Shown piece after piece: positions 17,310-27,342 of a stretch of 64,000 bases of DNA. The translations under genes and the position numbers were made by a program. The first letter of the stretch is position 1. Each line of letters starts with the position of its first letter. The notes below the pieces were generated by a model that was not told the DNA's origin, did no database searches, and saw only the letters and a list, made by a program, of their open reading frames with translations. Origin of the DNA: Candidatus Nomurabacteria bacterium (GTDB lineage Bacteria > Patescibacteriota > Minisyncoccia > Phycocordibacterales > JAACPR01); contig JACKFZ010000004.1 in assembly GCA_020632215.1 (NCBI GenBank), positions 10,708 to 74,707 of the forward strand, in the 5' to 3' direction.

Positions 17310-17813
17310 CTAATCAGTCCTGATCTCTACTCCTGAAGATAGTTTTTGTTTAATTATTTCGAGATCTTGTACTGCATAGTTTGTTCCACGGAGATCAAGT
17401 ACACGGAGATTTGTTAGGTTACCAATTTCATATGGTAATCCAGTAATTGGATTATTTGATAGATCAAGAATTTCTAATTGTGAAAGTTGTCCAACTTCTG
17501 CTGGGACACCAGTGAAATTATTATCACTAAGATCTAGTACTCTGAGATTCTTAATTAATCGTATCTCTGCTTGTAACGATCCTTCTAGAAGATTGTGAGA
17601 TAGGTCTAGAACCTCAACATTATCCTGATTGAATATATATTCAGGTGCTTTCGTTAGATTCTTACCTGATAAATTGATAGTTGCTCCTCCACTAGTTGTT
17701 TCTATTCTGTCATTATTAGTCTCATCAACAGATACTACACTATTATCCTTCGAAAAGAAGGTGGCACCAATAATGACTAAAAGTACAACTACGATAGTGA
17801 GGATGTATTTCAT
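17310..17813 (-). CDS. Leucine-rich-repeat protein with N-terminal TM anchor
   Basis: Repeated LxxLxLxxNxL units (LEVLDLSHNLL, LRVLDLSDNNF, LEILDLSNNPI, LRVLDLRGTNY). Confidence 0.7.
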   Translation of the reverse strand: MKYILTIVVVLLVIIGATFFSKDNSVVSVDETNNDRIETTSGGATINLSGKNLTKAPEYIFNQDNVEVLDLSHNLLEGSLQAEIRLIKNLRVLDLSDNNFTGVPAEVGQLSQLEILDLSNNPITGLPYEIGNLTNLRVLDLRGTNYAVQDLEIIKQKLSSGVEIRTD

Positions 17814-18043
17814 AATGTTGATTATATCAAACTTTAGTATAAAGGGGTGTCTTGTAGACCTAAGTATAATTGATTTTAACTAAATTATGAAAGAGATTAA
17901 GGCTTGATGGGACCTTAAGGACCGTGTAGTAGTAGTAACTTAATATTGCTTTAGGGGTATGGTGGTACCCCCGAAGTCGACCCCTGTGAGGGTTAGAAAT
18001 AGCCGTATAGGGGTCAATGGACAAAAGTAAGTGAAAATTTTAC

Positions 18044-20053
18044 TTAGCTCGCCAAATTCACTTTCTTTAGAGTCATTGCGTTAATTACCACAATTACTGT
18101 AGATAAGCTCATGACCAATGCACCAATTTCAGGTCTCAAGAAAAATCCACAAAAGGCAAAAACTCCTGCTCCTGCTGGTATGGCGATAATGTTATAACCA
18201 AGTGCCCACACAAGATTTTGTATCATCTTCCTATAGACTACTTTAGAGAGTTTAACCAGGCTTACAACATTTAGAGGATTACTATTGGTTAACACGACAT
18301 CACCAGATTCAACAGCCACATCCGTACCTGCTCCAATAGCAATACCGATATTTGCTTGTGTGAGAGCGGGAGCATCGTTCACTCCATCTCCCACCATCAG
18401 AACAATATTTCCTTCATATTGGAGGTTTTTAATATGTTTATATTTATCTTCTGGTAGAACTTCTGCGTAGTAAGTATCAATACCAAGTTCGGAGGCAACA
18501 GATTCGGCCACTTGAATATTATCTCCAGTGAGCATAGCCACCTTAATATCCATTTTATGCAAATCTTCAATTGCTTTATATGATTCCTCTTTTATTTTGT
18601 CCGCTAAAGCAATTAACCCTATAACTGTTTTTTTATCAGAAAGAATTACTGTTGTTTTTCCTTCTGCTGTGAGTTTTTTAAATACATTTTCTGATTCCTT
18701 TAGGTCTACTTTTTCATCTGTCGTGAAGCGCTTGTTTCCAACAATATACTGCACTCCATCGTATTTAGCTTCAATCCCTTTACCAGCTACATTTTTGAAA
18801 TTAGATATATTACTTAACGGAATATTGTTATTCTTGGCGTGATTAACGATTGATATACCTATGATGTGAGAGGATTCCTGCTCAAGGGAACCGGCAATAG
18901 AGAGAACCTGCTCTTCCGTATAAGAAACAAAAGGTACGACATCAGTGACTCCAAACTTGCCTTCAGTAAGAGTTCCTGTCTTGTCAAAAACTACATAGCT
19001 TGCCTTTTTAATAACTTCAATCTTTGAGAGGTTTTTTATAAACAGTCCATTTTTAACAGCAAGAGATGTTGTGATTGTTGTTACTGTTGGAATAGCCAAA
19101 CCAAGTGCATGAGGACAGGCAATAACAAGAACGGTAATTGCCAATGTTATAGCAAAGACAAAACTCTCACCAATAACAAGGGTCCAGACCAGTAATGTCA
19201 ACAAGGCTGTGATACCAGCCACGAAGGTTAAGACGGCTGAGGCACGGTTTGCAATCTTCTGTGAACGAGGTTTTGTTTGCTGTGCACTGCTTATTAATTT
19301 TTGAATTTGTCCGACAGTAGAATTTTCTCCAACACGATTAAGTCTCACTTTGAGTGAGCCATCTGTACAAATTGAACCAGCAACAACTTCATCATTACTG
19401 CTTTTTTGTATAGGCTTTGATTCGCCACTAATCAGAGATTCATCAATGTGGGCACTGCCTTCAAGAATAATTCCATCAGCTGGAATTTTCTCTCCAGGTT
19501 TTACAAGTACGATATCTCCTTCCTTCAGGGTAGAGATTTCAACATCATGTTCCTCGCCGTCTTTTAACAGATGAGCTTTTTTCGGTAGTAATTTAGCGAC
19601 TTCCTGTAATGCGTTACCAGCAGATGCACTTGATTTTGCTTCTAGATAATGGCCAAAAAGAAGTACCCAAATAAGGGTTGAGATTTCTAGGTAAAATTCA
19701 ACGTCAATAGTTGATAAAAACGTTGAGGCAACTGAGAAGAGGTATCCTGCTCCCACCGCAATTGATACGAGTGTCATCATCCCGTACTGCCGTGCTTTTA
19801 TCTCATGTAGTGCGTGTTGGAAAAAGACTAGTGCAAAACCAAAAATAATTGTTGCGATAGCGAACTGGACCCATTTACTTATCTCCAAAGCAGATATTCC
19901 TAGAAGTTCTGATATTTTTGGATGCACAAGTACAAGCGGTATAAGCAAAAAGGTAACAATCCAGAAACGTTTAAGATACTCCTTTGCAGAGCCATGACTC
20001 ATCCCATGCGATTGGTGATGTTCGTGATGATTATGATGATGACTATGATTCAT
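18044..20053 (-). CDS. copB: P1B-type heavy-metal ATPase, CopB-like (CPH motif, His-rich N-terminus)
   Basis: DKTGTLT, GDGVNDAP, TM6 ACPHALGLA, and N-terminus MNHSHHHNHHEHHQSH. Confidence 0.85.
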   Translation of the reverse strand: MNHSHHHNHHEHHQSHGMSHGSAKEYLKRFWIVTFLLIPLVLVHPKISELLGISALEISKWVQFAIATIIFGFALVFFQHALHEIKARQYGMMTLVSIAVGAGYLFSVASTFLSTIDVEFYLEISTLIWVLLFGHYLEAKSSASAGNALQEVAKLLPKKAHLLKDGEEHDVEISTLKEGDIVLVKPGEKIPADGIILEGSAHIDESLISGESKPIQKSSNDEVVAGSICTDGSLKVRLNRVGENSTVGQIQKLISSAQQTKPRSQKIANRASAVLTFVAGITALLTLLVWTLVIGESFVFAITLAITVLVIACPHALGLAIPTVTTITTSLAVKNGLFIKNLSKIEVIKKASYVVFDKTGTLTEGKFGVTDVVPFVSYTEEQVLSIAGSLEQESSHIIGISIVNHAKNNNIPLSNISNFKNVAGKGIEAKYDGVQYIVGNKRFTTDEKVDLKESENVFKKLTAEGKTTVILSDKKTVIGLIALADKIKEESYKAIEDLHKMDIKVAMLTGDNIQVAESVASELGIDTYYAEVLPEDKYKHIKNLQYEGNIVLMVGDGVNDAPALTQANIGIAIGAGTDVAVESGDVVLTNSNPLNVVSLVKLSKVVYRKMIQNLVWALGYNIIAIPAGAGVFAFCGFFLRPEIGALVMSLSTVIVVINAMTLKKVNLAS

Positions 20054-20055
20054 TC

Positions 20056-20544
20056 CTAGATTATCATGAAGACTTCACCTTTAATGCCTTCATGAGTTAT
20101 CTCATAAATAACAAAATCTTCTGTTTTAGGACCTGGCATACCTGGGGAACCAGATGGCATTCCTGCCATACCTATACCTTTGATATCAGGTCTTTCGGCA
20201 AGCAGTTTTTGTACAGCTTCTTCAGGAACATGACCTTCAACAACGTAACCGTCAATTTCCATGGTATGACAGCTTTCCAATTCATAAGGAATAGAAAACT
20301 GTTCTTTAATTGATTGAAGGTCTGAAACTGCTTCTACTTCAACGCCGTACCCCTTTTTTCTAAGATAGGCTGAGTACTGTTCACAACAACTACAGCTTGG
20401 AGATTTATACACTGTTGCCACTATGCCATTAGTAGAATTCACCACTTCTTCTGCAATGTTACTTGAAGAATTCTGACGAATCATAAAACCAATGATTCCA
20501 ACTACAACTAATACAAGTACCCCGATTAATATATTGCTCCTCAT
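20056..20544 (-). CDS. DUF411-family metal-binding protein
   Basis: TM anchor, then CSCC...H.ME pattern typical of DUF411 in copper-resistance loci. Confidence 0.6.
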   Translation of the reverse strand: MRSNILIGVLVLVVVGIIGFMIRQNSSSNIAEEVVNSTNGIVATVYKSPSCSCCEQYSAYLRKKGYGVEVEAVSDLQSIKEQFSIPYELESCHTMEIDGYVVEGHVPEEAVQKLLAERPDIKGIGMAGMPSGSPGMPGPKTEDFVIYEITHEGIKGEVFMII

Positions 20545-20546
20545 GA

Positions 20547-20972
20547 CTAGTTTTCGTTAAACCACTCTTTAAGCCAACCTCTCATCATTTCAACCTCACC
20601 TTGCTGTGCTTCAATAATATTATTTGCTAGTTTAACTAATTCTGGGCGGTCTGTTTGCTTCAACAATCCCTCTGCCATTTCAATAGCACCAATATGGTGA
20701 ACTATCATTCCTCGCAAAAAGGCTTCTTCGTAAGCTTCTCCAGTTTTTCCTCGGAAGCCAAGCATCATTTCATCCATTGCATGCATCATGGCACCATCTT
20801 CATCAATAAGCTCATCTCCATACATGTGCTCTTCCATCTCCTCGTGCATCTCATTATTTGAAAACTGTCCCTGATTAGACATCATTGTGTTACTAGCAAA
20901 AAAGTAACCTATGATAAGTCCTACAATGAGAGCTAGAAGTCCGATAATGATTGTTTGATTTTTGTTTTCCAT
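20547..20972 (-). CDS. DUF305-family protein (copper-resistance associated)
   Basis: MIVHHIGAIEMAEGLL...AQQGEVEMMRGWL motif pair. Confidence 0.65.
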   Translation of the reverse strand: MENKNQTIIIGLLALIVGLIIGYFFASNTMMSNQGQFSNNEMHEEMEEHMYGDELIDEDGAMMHAMDEMMLGFRGKTGEAYEEAFLRGMIVHHIGAIEMAEGLLKQTDRPELVKLANNIIEAQQGEVEMMRGWLKEWFNEN

Positions 20973-20996
20973 ATTTGTGCTAAATTTATTTTAGTA

Positions 20997-21266
20997 TTAT
21001 TTTTTCTTAGATTTTTTAAATACACTTATAATTTCTTCTACAGCTTTCTTCTCTTGCCCTTGCTTCATCTGATGAATAACATGCTCGGACAAATGATTTT
21101 CAAGCATCAAATCTTCAACAGCGGAAAGAGCACTCCTGATTGCTGATGATTGAGTAATAATATCTATACAATATTTTTCTTCCTCAACCATCTTCTGAAG
21201 TCCACGAACTTGACCTTCAACTCGCCGAAGACGATTTGTTACACCTGATTTCGTTTCCTTTTTCAT
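20997..21266 (-). CDS. csoR: CsoR/RcnR-family metal-sensing repressor
   Basis: RLRRVEGQVRGLQKMVEEEKYCIDIITQ...HL.EHV with the conserved C/H/C ligands. The internal Met MKKETKSG is taken as the start. Confidence 0.7.
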   Translation of the reverse strand: MKKETKSGVTNRLRRVEGQVRGLQKMVEEEKYCIDIITQSSAIRSALSAVEDLMLENHLSEHVIHQMKQGQEKKAVEEIISVFKKSKKK

Positions 21267-21386
21267 AAAGAAATAATATACCCCTATAGGGTATATGTCA
21301 AAATATCCTGTGTAAAAGTTCCAAAGCAACTTTGGTCAAGTAAAAATATTTGATTATGGTGGCTTAACTGTAAGACTTTTTTGTAG

Positions 21387-21459
21387 TGGACCTGACAGGA
21401 TTCGAACCCGCTGCCTCCTCAGTGCAAATGAGGCGCTCTACCAATTGAGCTACAGGCCC
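21387..21459 (-). tRNA. tRNA-Ala(UGC)
   Basis: Acceptor GGGCCTG/CAGGTCC with G3:U70. D-arm GCTC-AATTGGTA-GAGC, anticodon stem CCTCA/TGAGG with loop TTTGCAC. The T-stem GCGGG/CCTGT has two G-U pairs. No CCA encoded. Confidence 0.7.
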
Positions 21460-21496
21460 CTAAGAACATTTTAAAACAAAATGTTCGGGCAAACTC

Positions 21497-21518
21497 AGAA
21501 AGCTAGCTTTCTGAGTTT
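21497..21518. other. Perfect 22-bp palindrome CTCAGAAAGCTAGCTTTCTGAG between ddl and tRNA-Ala (terminator or processing hairpin)
   Basis: Read directly. It is flanked by A/T tracts on both sides. Confidence 0.6.
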
Positions 21519-21568
21519 TAGCCATAAATCACTGAAACACTCGGTGATTTAAGTTTGTGTATTCTAAC

Positions 21569-22549
21569 TTATTTCCTATCTATTGCAAGGTCAATAACAT
21601 GCTCTAGAAAGTCTTTGTATGTTGATCCAACCGCTTTGACAGCTTTTGGCAAAAGAGATTCCGAAGTCATACCTGGCAAAGAATTTGTTTCAAGAAAGAA
21701 AACTCCTCTTTTTGGATGAACCATAAAATCTGATCTAGAGTAGTGTCTAAGCCCAAGTAACTCATGAGCTAACTTTGCCACTCTCTGCATTTCCTGACTC
21801 TCTGCTTTTGTAAAATTTCCTGGGCAAATTTCTTTAGTGCTTCCATCATACTTACACTCATAGTCAAAAAATTGTTTTGAGTCCGGAGGAACAATTTCAA
21901 TTGGTAACAGAGAGTATGAGTCTTCCCCTCTGAAACAATCGATTACTCCGACAGTTCCTTCTTTGCCTTTGATATATTCTTCGCAAATAAAGTCAGGGCT
22001 TTCTTGATAGAGTTTACACAAAGCATCTCTAAGCTCCTCCATATTTTGAACAATATAGACTCCAACAGAAGATCCTTTGGATGTTGCTTTTAAAACCAAG
22101 GGGAAAGAAAAACTATTAAATATTTTTCTAGAAACTTCACCGACTTCATCTTTAGACTTAAGATTGTAAGATTTGTAGTTTGGAGTTTTGATACCAGCTT
22201 TTTTTAAAATATCTTTTGTTTTTTGTTTATTCATCGATATTGCTGCTCCAAGCTTTTTTGGTCCAGTGAAAGGAACTCCTAGAATTTCTAAAATTTCCTG
22301 AACTTGTCCATCCTCTCCATACTCACCATGCATAGCATTGAAAACAACATCCATAAGCCTTACAACTTCTGTTGGTTTTTTCTCAATACCGTTTACAAAC
22401 CATTTGCCTTGTTTGTCGATAACAACATCTAGAATGTCGTGATCATCTTTCAGGGTGTCTATGACAGAACGACCAGTTTTTAAAGAAACTTCATGTTCAC
22501 TGCTTGGTCCACCTCGTAGTACTGCAATTTTTCTCCTTTTCATAGCCAA
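21569..22549 (-). CDS. ddl: D-alanine--D-alanine ligase
   Basis: ATP-grasp family. N-terminus KIAVLRGGPSSEHEVSL. 326 aa. Confidence 0.85.
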   Translation of the reverse strand: MAMKRRKIAVLRGGPSSEHEVSLKTGRSVIDTLKDDHDILDVVIDKQGKWFVNGIEKKPTEVVRLMDVVFNAMHGEYGEDGQVQEILEILGVPFTGPKKLGAAISMNKQKTKDILKKAGIKTPNYKSYNLKSKDEVGEVSRKIFNSFSFPLVLKATSKGSSVGVYIVQNMEELRDALCKLYQESPDFICEEYIKGKEGTVGVIDCFRGEDSYSLLPIEIVPPDSKQFFDYECKYDGSTKEICPGNFTKAESQEMQRVAKLAHELLGLRHYSRSDFMVHPKRGVFFLETNSLPGMTSESLLPKAVKAVGSTYKDFLEHVIDLAIDRK

Positions 22550-22551
22550 TA

Positions 22552-23772
22552 TTATATCAAATTCTTCCTATGCTTACTCCTATAGAATCCAATAGCAAAT
22601 CTATGAGCTTCGCTATTAGCCAAGAGAATATCTCTTTCATAACTTTTAATTTTTGATTTTAAATTTAAGATTTCTCTAGGACGATGTCTCTCATCTTTGA
22701 CCACACTAACGATGGGAATATCTACACCCACTTTCTCAAAAACATTTGAAGCAGCTCTGATTTGGGCTTTTCCGCCATCAATAACAATTAAATTTGGCAT
22801 AGGCCATTCAGTATGCCCAAGTCTCCTATTCAAAATCTCTTTCAAACCACCGACATCATCACCTTTTTTAGTAGATCTGAGAATAAATTTTCTATAGTCT
22901 GATTTTTTTACTTCTCCATCTTCAATAACAGTCATAACACCGACGGAATGTTGTCCTCTCATATGTGCCACATCGTAAGCTTCTATTCGAAAATTACTTT
23001 CGACATTAATGTTTTCATTCTTGATAAGAGAAATATCTTGTATGTGATTTAAAGCAAAAATCTGATTTCGAATCTTTGCTGCTTTCTCAAAATTTTTAAT
23101 TTTGGCTTGTAGCCTCATTTCTTTTTCTAAATGTCTCAAAAGTTCTTTTTTCTTTCCTTTGAAAAAAAGGGAGACATTGCGAATATTTTTAGCATATTCT
23201 TTTTTAGCATTTGTAGTAGAGATGTCTGGTTCTAAACCTATTTGTTGATAAAGCTTAGATTCATTTTTGGAAGTTAAAAAAGGAAAAATTTTCCTAACAA
23301 TTTTTAATGCAGTTTTTAATTGCTGTTGCGAAGGAAATGGACCAAAAACTGAGTGGTAAGTCGCCCCGGACTTGATCTGGGATCTCGAATAACCTTGAGT
23401 AAACTCAATAACTCTCCCTCTTTCTATCAAGACTTTAGGAAACTCTTCTTTGGTAATTACTAAAAAATTGTAACTTTTATTATCTTTTTCTTTGGTATTG
23501 TAAATCGGCTTATGTTTTTTGATTAAATTAGCTTCGAGAATCAGAGCTTCTAAAACAGAATCCGTTTTTTGAAAATCTAAATCATTCGCCTGAGTGACCA
23601 TATCTACTAGTAAGGGTCCTCGGGTTTTTATTAAATCATTGGAAAAATAGCTACGAACACGATTCTTCAATGATGTTGCTTTACCTACATAGAGTATTTT
23701 TTTATCTTTTTTAAAAATATAAACACCAGGACTATCTGGTAATTTATACTTTTTAAAGCCTTGTAATTGCAT
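22552..23772 (-). CDS. uvrC: Excinuclease ABC subunit C, short form (GIY-YIG plus RNase-H-like endonuclease domains; no recognisable C-terminal HhH)
   Basis: GIY-YIG: PDSPGVYIFKKDKKILYVGKATSLKNRVRSYF. Endonuclease domain: EAYDVAHMRGQHSVGVMTV..DG...K..YR.F. The internal Met MQLQGF is taken as the start. Confidence 0.75.
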   Translation of the reverse strand: MQLQGFKKYKLPDSPGVYIFKKDKKILYVGKATSLKNRVRSYFSNDLIKTRGPLLVDMVTQANDLDFQKTDSVLEALILEANLIKKHKPIYNTKEKDNKSYNFLVITKEEFPKVLIERGRVIEFTQGYSRSQIKSGATYHSVFGPFPSQQQLKTALKIVRKIFPFLTSKNESKLYQQIGLEPDISTTNAKKEYAKNIRNVSLFFKGKKKELLRHLEKEMRLQAKIKNFEKAAKIRNQIFALNHIQDISLIKNENINVESNFRIEAYDVAHMRGQHSVGVMTVIEDGEVKKSDYRKFILRSTKKGDDVGGLKEILNRRLGHTEWPMPNLIVIDGGKAQIRAASNVFEKVGVDIPIVSVVKDERHRPREILNLKSKIKSYERDILLANSEAHRFAIGFYRSKHRKNLI

Positions 23773-23808
23773 AGTAGATATATTAATCTGACTAATGGAG
23801 AAAAAGCA

Positions 23809-23907
23809 ATGAAATTTGAAAATCTGCCCAAGCCGGTCCAAGCAATCATTATCGTGCTTGGATTAATTTTCATCGCCATAACCCTTGCTTTGGGTACTTG
23901 GCAATAA
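23809..23907 (+). CDS. Candidate micro-protein (32 aa, one TM)
   Basis: ATG preceded by GGAG. It encodes MKFENLPKPVQAIIIVLGLIFIAITLALGTWQ. Below the track cutoff. Confidence 0.25.
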   Translation: MKFENLPKPVQAIIIVLGLIFIAITLALGTWQ

Positions 23908-23935
23908 AACCTGAACAACTAGAAAAACCTAAGTC

Positions 23936-24199
23936 ATGAACACTGCCCTACCTCTACCTGATGGAGAGGAGATTGATCCTCCTGTTGCGGAAAAGGAAAG
24001 TCTCTACGATAGAGCTCTTCTCCTGGTAAAGGAAGAAGGTCTTGGAGGAGAAAATCTCGAGAAAGCTCTTGAAGAATTCGATGGATCAATGAGCGGTGAA
24101 CCTCTGGTTCGCTTCTTGATCAGAGCCTCCTGGCTTATTATCGGGACTCTGATCCTTATCGGAGCCATTATCTTTACGGCAATACAAATCTTTACCTGA
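23936..24199 (+). CDS. Hypothetical small membrane protein (87 aa)
   Basis: ORF track entry with a C-terminal TM helix. Confidence 0.4.
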   Translation: MNTALPLPDGEEIDPPVAEKESLYDRALLLVKEEGLGGENLEKALEEFDGSMSGEPLVRFLIRASWLIIGTLILIGAIIFTAIQIFT

Positions 24200-24202
24200 A
24201 AG

Positions 24203-24364
24203 GAGGTTTAAAATGAGCATGATGGATCGCGAAACAGGAGGTCTTTGGGCCTCCGGGAGAAACTTGCCCGATTTGTCTGGAGAAGAAAAACCATGGCCAT
24301 GGTGGAAAACCATCGCTATCGTATTGTCCATCCTTTTTGGGATTGTTCTTATTGTCATCTTGGT
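24203..24364 (+). CDS. Candidate small membrane protein (53 aa)
   Basis: A perfect SD AAAGGAGGT sits 7 nt upstream of the ATG. It encodes MSMMDRETGGLWASGRNLPDLSGEEKPWPWWKTIAIVLSILFGIVLIVILVAI. It directly follows the stop of the previous ORF. Confidence 0.4.
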
Positions 24365-24523
24365 AGCAATCTGAATAATCATGAATTTAAAGTGCGGCGA
24401 CCGAAGAAATTCGTTAGCCGTATTTTTTTATCTAGAATGTAGCTAGAATATGTAGTATGTAGAATTTAGAATATAGACGAGCAAGGTAATCTGTAGAAAA
24501 TTTTCAAAAATTCTTCCAATATT

Positions 24524-24630
24524 CCCGCCCAGGGTGGGGGCTTACCACTTACCCCGAACCAGAGCAAAGCTCGGTTCGGGACTAGCCCCGAACCGTTTAG
24601 CCTTTGACTAAACTGGTGTGAGGGCCTCCT
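24524..24630 (+). other. GC-rich structured element / candidate small RNA downstream of clustered TAGAAT boxes
   Basis: A 12-bp hairpin CCCGAACC-A-GAGC-AAA-GCTC-GGTTCGGG. A second copy of CCCCGAACC (24586-24594) could pair alternatively with GGTTCGGG. Confidence 0.3.
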
Positions 24631-24723
24631 TAAGTTCAATTATACACATTTGGAATAAAGAAACTTATAAAAAAGTTTAAATTATTTATGAACTTTTCAA
24701 TCAGTAAATCTCAATTCTAAATT

Positions 24724-27342
24724 CTATTTCAAATACTTCCTTAAATACTTACCTGTATAACTCTCCTTGACTTTAGCAACTTGTTCTGGTGTTCCTTTGG
24801 CAATTATTTGTCCCCCATTCTCTCCGCCTTCTGGCCCAATGTCTATAAGATAGTCAGAGCACTTAATAACATCCATGTTGTGTTCAATGACTAAAACAGT
24901 ATTTCCATGATCAACAAGAATTTGAATAATCTCAATCAATTTCTTTACGTCCTCATAATGTAAACCGATAGTTGGCTCATCTAGAATATAGATTGTTTTT
25001 TGCAAATGTTGTCGGTAAAGTTCAGAAGAAATTTTTACTCTTTGTGCCTCTCCACCAGATAATGTGGTTGCTGATTGTCCCAACTCAAGATAACCAAGTC
25101 CAACATCATTCAAAGTTTTCAAACGATCATAGATAGCGGGAATATCTTGGAAAAAATTCAGAGCTTCTTCTATTGTCATATGAAGGATATCGTAAACATT
25201 TTTCCCCTTATACTTCACCTCCAATGTTTCTTTCATAAATCTTTTACCTCCACAAATATCACAAGGGACATAAACAGTTGGTAAGAAGTGCATTTCTACA
25301 GCAATTTCTCCATTACCCTGACAAGCTTCGCAACGACCACCTTTGACATTGAAAGAAAATCGACCGGCTTTCCATCCTCGATACCTAGCTTCTTCTGTTT
25401 CTGCAAAAAGGTCTCTTATATGCGTCCAAGCACCTGTATATGTAGCAGGATTTGATCTAGGGGTTCTACCAATTGGACTTTGATCAATCAAAATAGCTCT
25501 TCCCGCATACTCAGTACCTTTGAACTCTTTACAGTTATAAACTTTATTACTTCTGTATTTTCTATCAAATCTTGCTTGTAGGTTTTTGTATAAAATCTCA
25601 TAAACAAAAGATGATTTACCAGAACCTGATACTCCTGTAACTGTTACCAACTTACCGAGAGGAACATCAACATTCATATTTTGAATATTAAAAACTTCCC
25701 CACCCTTTACAGAAATTTTTCCTTTGTTTTCATCTCGTCTCTTCTTTGGAATTTCGATAAGTTTATCTCCTCTTAAATAATCTAATGTAACAGAGCCGCT
25801 AGAATTACTTTTTGCTGTCAGCAATTTTTCTAAATCATCTGCCACCACAATTTCTCCTCCATGCACTCCAGCACCAGGTCCAATATCTACAAGGTAATCA
25901 GAGGCAAAGATAGTATCTTCATCATGCTCTACAACAACAATAGTGTTTCCTGTATCTCGAAGATTCAGTAAAGTTTTAATCAGTCTATCATTATCTCTAG
26001 AATGCAGACCAATAGTCGGTTCATCTAAGACGTACAAAGCTCCCACAAGACCTGATCCAAGTTGACTAGCAAGACGTATTCTCTGAGCTTCACCTCCTGA
26101 TAAGGTGTGAGCCTTTCTATCTAGCTGTAGATATTCAATACCAACGTCATTCATAAAGAGAAGTCGGGATTCAATTTCTTTTAAAATTACTTTGGCAATT
26201 TCTCTTTCTATTACTGTTAATTTTAAATTTCCAAAAAAATCTATAGCTTGACTAATAGACTTGGCCACTAAATTTACGATGTTTGTTTTATTTTTGCCTT
26301 CTCCAAGAAAAACATTTAAAGCTTCTTCTCTTAGTCTAGCTCCGTGACAAAGAGAACATTCTTCATCACCAAAGAAATGCTTAGTACCGAGCCCATTACA
26401 TTCTGAACAAGCTACATAAGGAGAATTGAAAGAAAAAAGTCTTGGTTCTATTTCTGGAAAAGAGAAACCGTCGTAAGGACATAGAAATTTTGATGAAATA
26501 ATCTTTTCTTCAAATAGATCAGGTTTATCACCGACAACTTTTATCAACCCTTCTGACTCATTCAAAGCTCTTTCAATGGCATCGCTTAGCCTTTCACGAG
26601 AATCTTTGCTTTTTGACTTGATATCGCTGATATAAAATTCATCAATTAGAACATCGATGTTGTGCTTTTTATTTTTCGCTAAATCTATTCTGTCTCGTAA
26701 CTTTTTAACAACACCATCTATTCTCACTTTCTCATAACCTTTGCCGAGCAAATCGTATAGAAGTTGATAATATTCTCCTTTTCTGCCAACAATAAGTGGG
26801 GCGAAAAGTTGTATTTTAATATTATCAATTTCAACACCCATAACTTTTTTCTGGTCTTTAGATAAATCTATAGATTCGACACTTTTAACAATAGTATTCA
26901 AAATTTCTTCATTAGAAAGCTTTTTTATTTCTCTACTACAAATAGGGCAATGTGGTTTTCCAACTCTAGCAAAAAGAATTCGAAGGTAATCATATATTTC
27001 TGTGATAGTTGCTACTGTTGATCTTGGATTATTTGATCGAGATTTTTGATCAATAGAAATAGCAGGTGAAAGACCAACAATTTCATCAACATCAGGCTTC
27101 TGCATTTGTCTTAGGAATTGCCGTGCATATGAAGAAAGAGATTCAACATATCGTCTTTGTCCTTCAGCAAAGATAGTGTCGAAAGCTAAGGAAGATTTTC
27201 CTGATCCAGATAAACCAGTAAAAACAATCATCTTGTCTCTGGGCATTTCTACCGTCACATTCTTTAGATTATGAGTTCTGGCTCCTTTTACGATGATTTT
27301 TTCTGATGCTTTTATTCCCCTTTTATTTACTTGATTTTTCAT
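24724..27342 (-). CDS. uvrA: Excinuclease ABC subunit A
   Basis: Two ABC ATPase modules ([18 protein letters not shown]), LSGGE signatures and zinc-finger cysteines. 872 aa. Confidence 0.9.
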   Translation of the reverse strand: MKNQVNKRGIKASEKIIVKGARTHNLKNVTVEMPRDKMIVFTGLSGSGKSSLAFDTIFAEGQRRYVESLSSYARQFLRQMQKPDVDEIVGLSPAISIDQKSRSNNPRSTVATITEIYDYLRILFARVGKPHCPICSREIKKLSNEEILNTIVKSVESIDLSKDQKKVMGVEIDNIKIQLFAPLIVGRKGEYYQLLYDLLGKGYEKVRIDGVVKKLRDRIDLAKNKKHNIDVLIDEFYISDIKSKSKDSRERLSDAIERALNESEGLIKVVGDKPDLFEEKIISSKFLCPYDGFSFPEIEPRLFSFNSPYVACSECNGLGTKHFFGDEECSLCHGARLREEALNVFLGEGKNKTNIVNLVAKSISQAIDFFGNLKLTVIEREIAKVILKEIESRLLFMNDVGIEYLQLDRKAHTLSGGEAQRIRLASQLGSGLVGALYVLDEPTIGLHSRDNDRLIKTLLNLRDTGNTIVVVEHDEDTIFASDYLVDIGPGAGVHGGEIVVADDLEKLLTAKSNSSGSVTLDYLRGDKLIEIPKKRRDENKGKISVKGGEVFNIQNMNVDVPLGKLVTVTGVSGSGKSSFVYEILYKNLQARFDRKYRSNKVYNCKEFKGTEYAGRAILIDQSPIGRTPRSNPATYTGAWTHIRDLFAETEEARYRGWKAGRFSFNVKGGRCEACQGNGEIAVEMHFLPTVYVPCDICGGKRFMKETLEVKYKGKNVYDILHMTIEEALNFFQDIPAIYDRLKTLNDVGLGYLELGQSATTLSGGEAQRVKISSELYRQHLQKTIYILDEPTIGLHYEDVKKLIEIIQILVDHGNTVLVIEHNMDVIKCSDYLIDIGPEGGENGGQIIAKGTPEQVAKVKESYTGKYLRKYLK

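Noticed and set aside
17880-18043. Fluoride (crcB) riboswitch
   Set aside because: Only a vague resemblance (UAUGG vs the conserved GAUGG, no ACCGCC/CUAAUGAC). No crcB gene is downstream, and the strand context is wrong.
24245-24442. 65-aa plus-strand ORF from the track
   Set aside because: It is in a different frame from the 53-aa ORF that has a perfect SD at 24192-24200. It has no RBS and an odd composition, so it is likely spurious.
24524-24630. SRP (4.5S) RNA, tmRNA, RNase P or 6S RNA
   Set aside because: It has no GGAA-tetraloop/AGCAGCC domain-IV motif, no tRNA-like ends, no GGAAAGTCCGG P4 motif, and is too short. It is kept only as an unclassified structured element.
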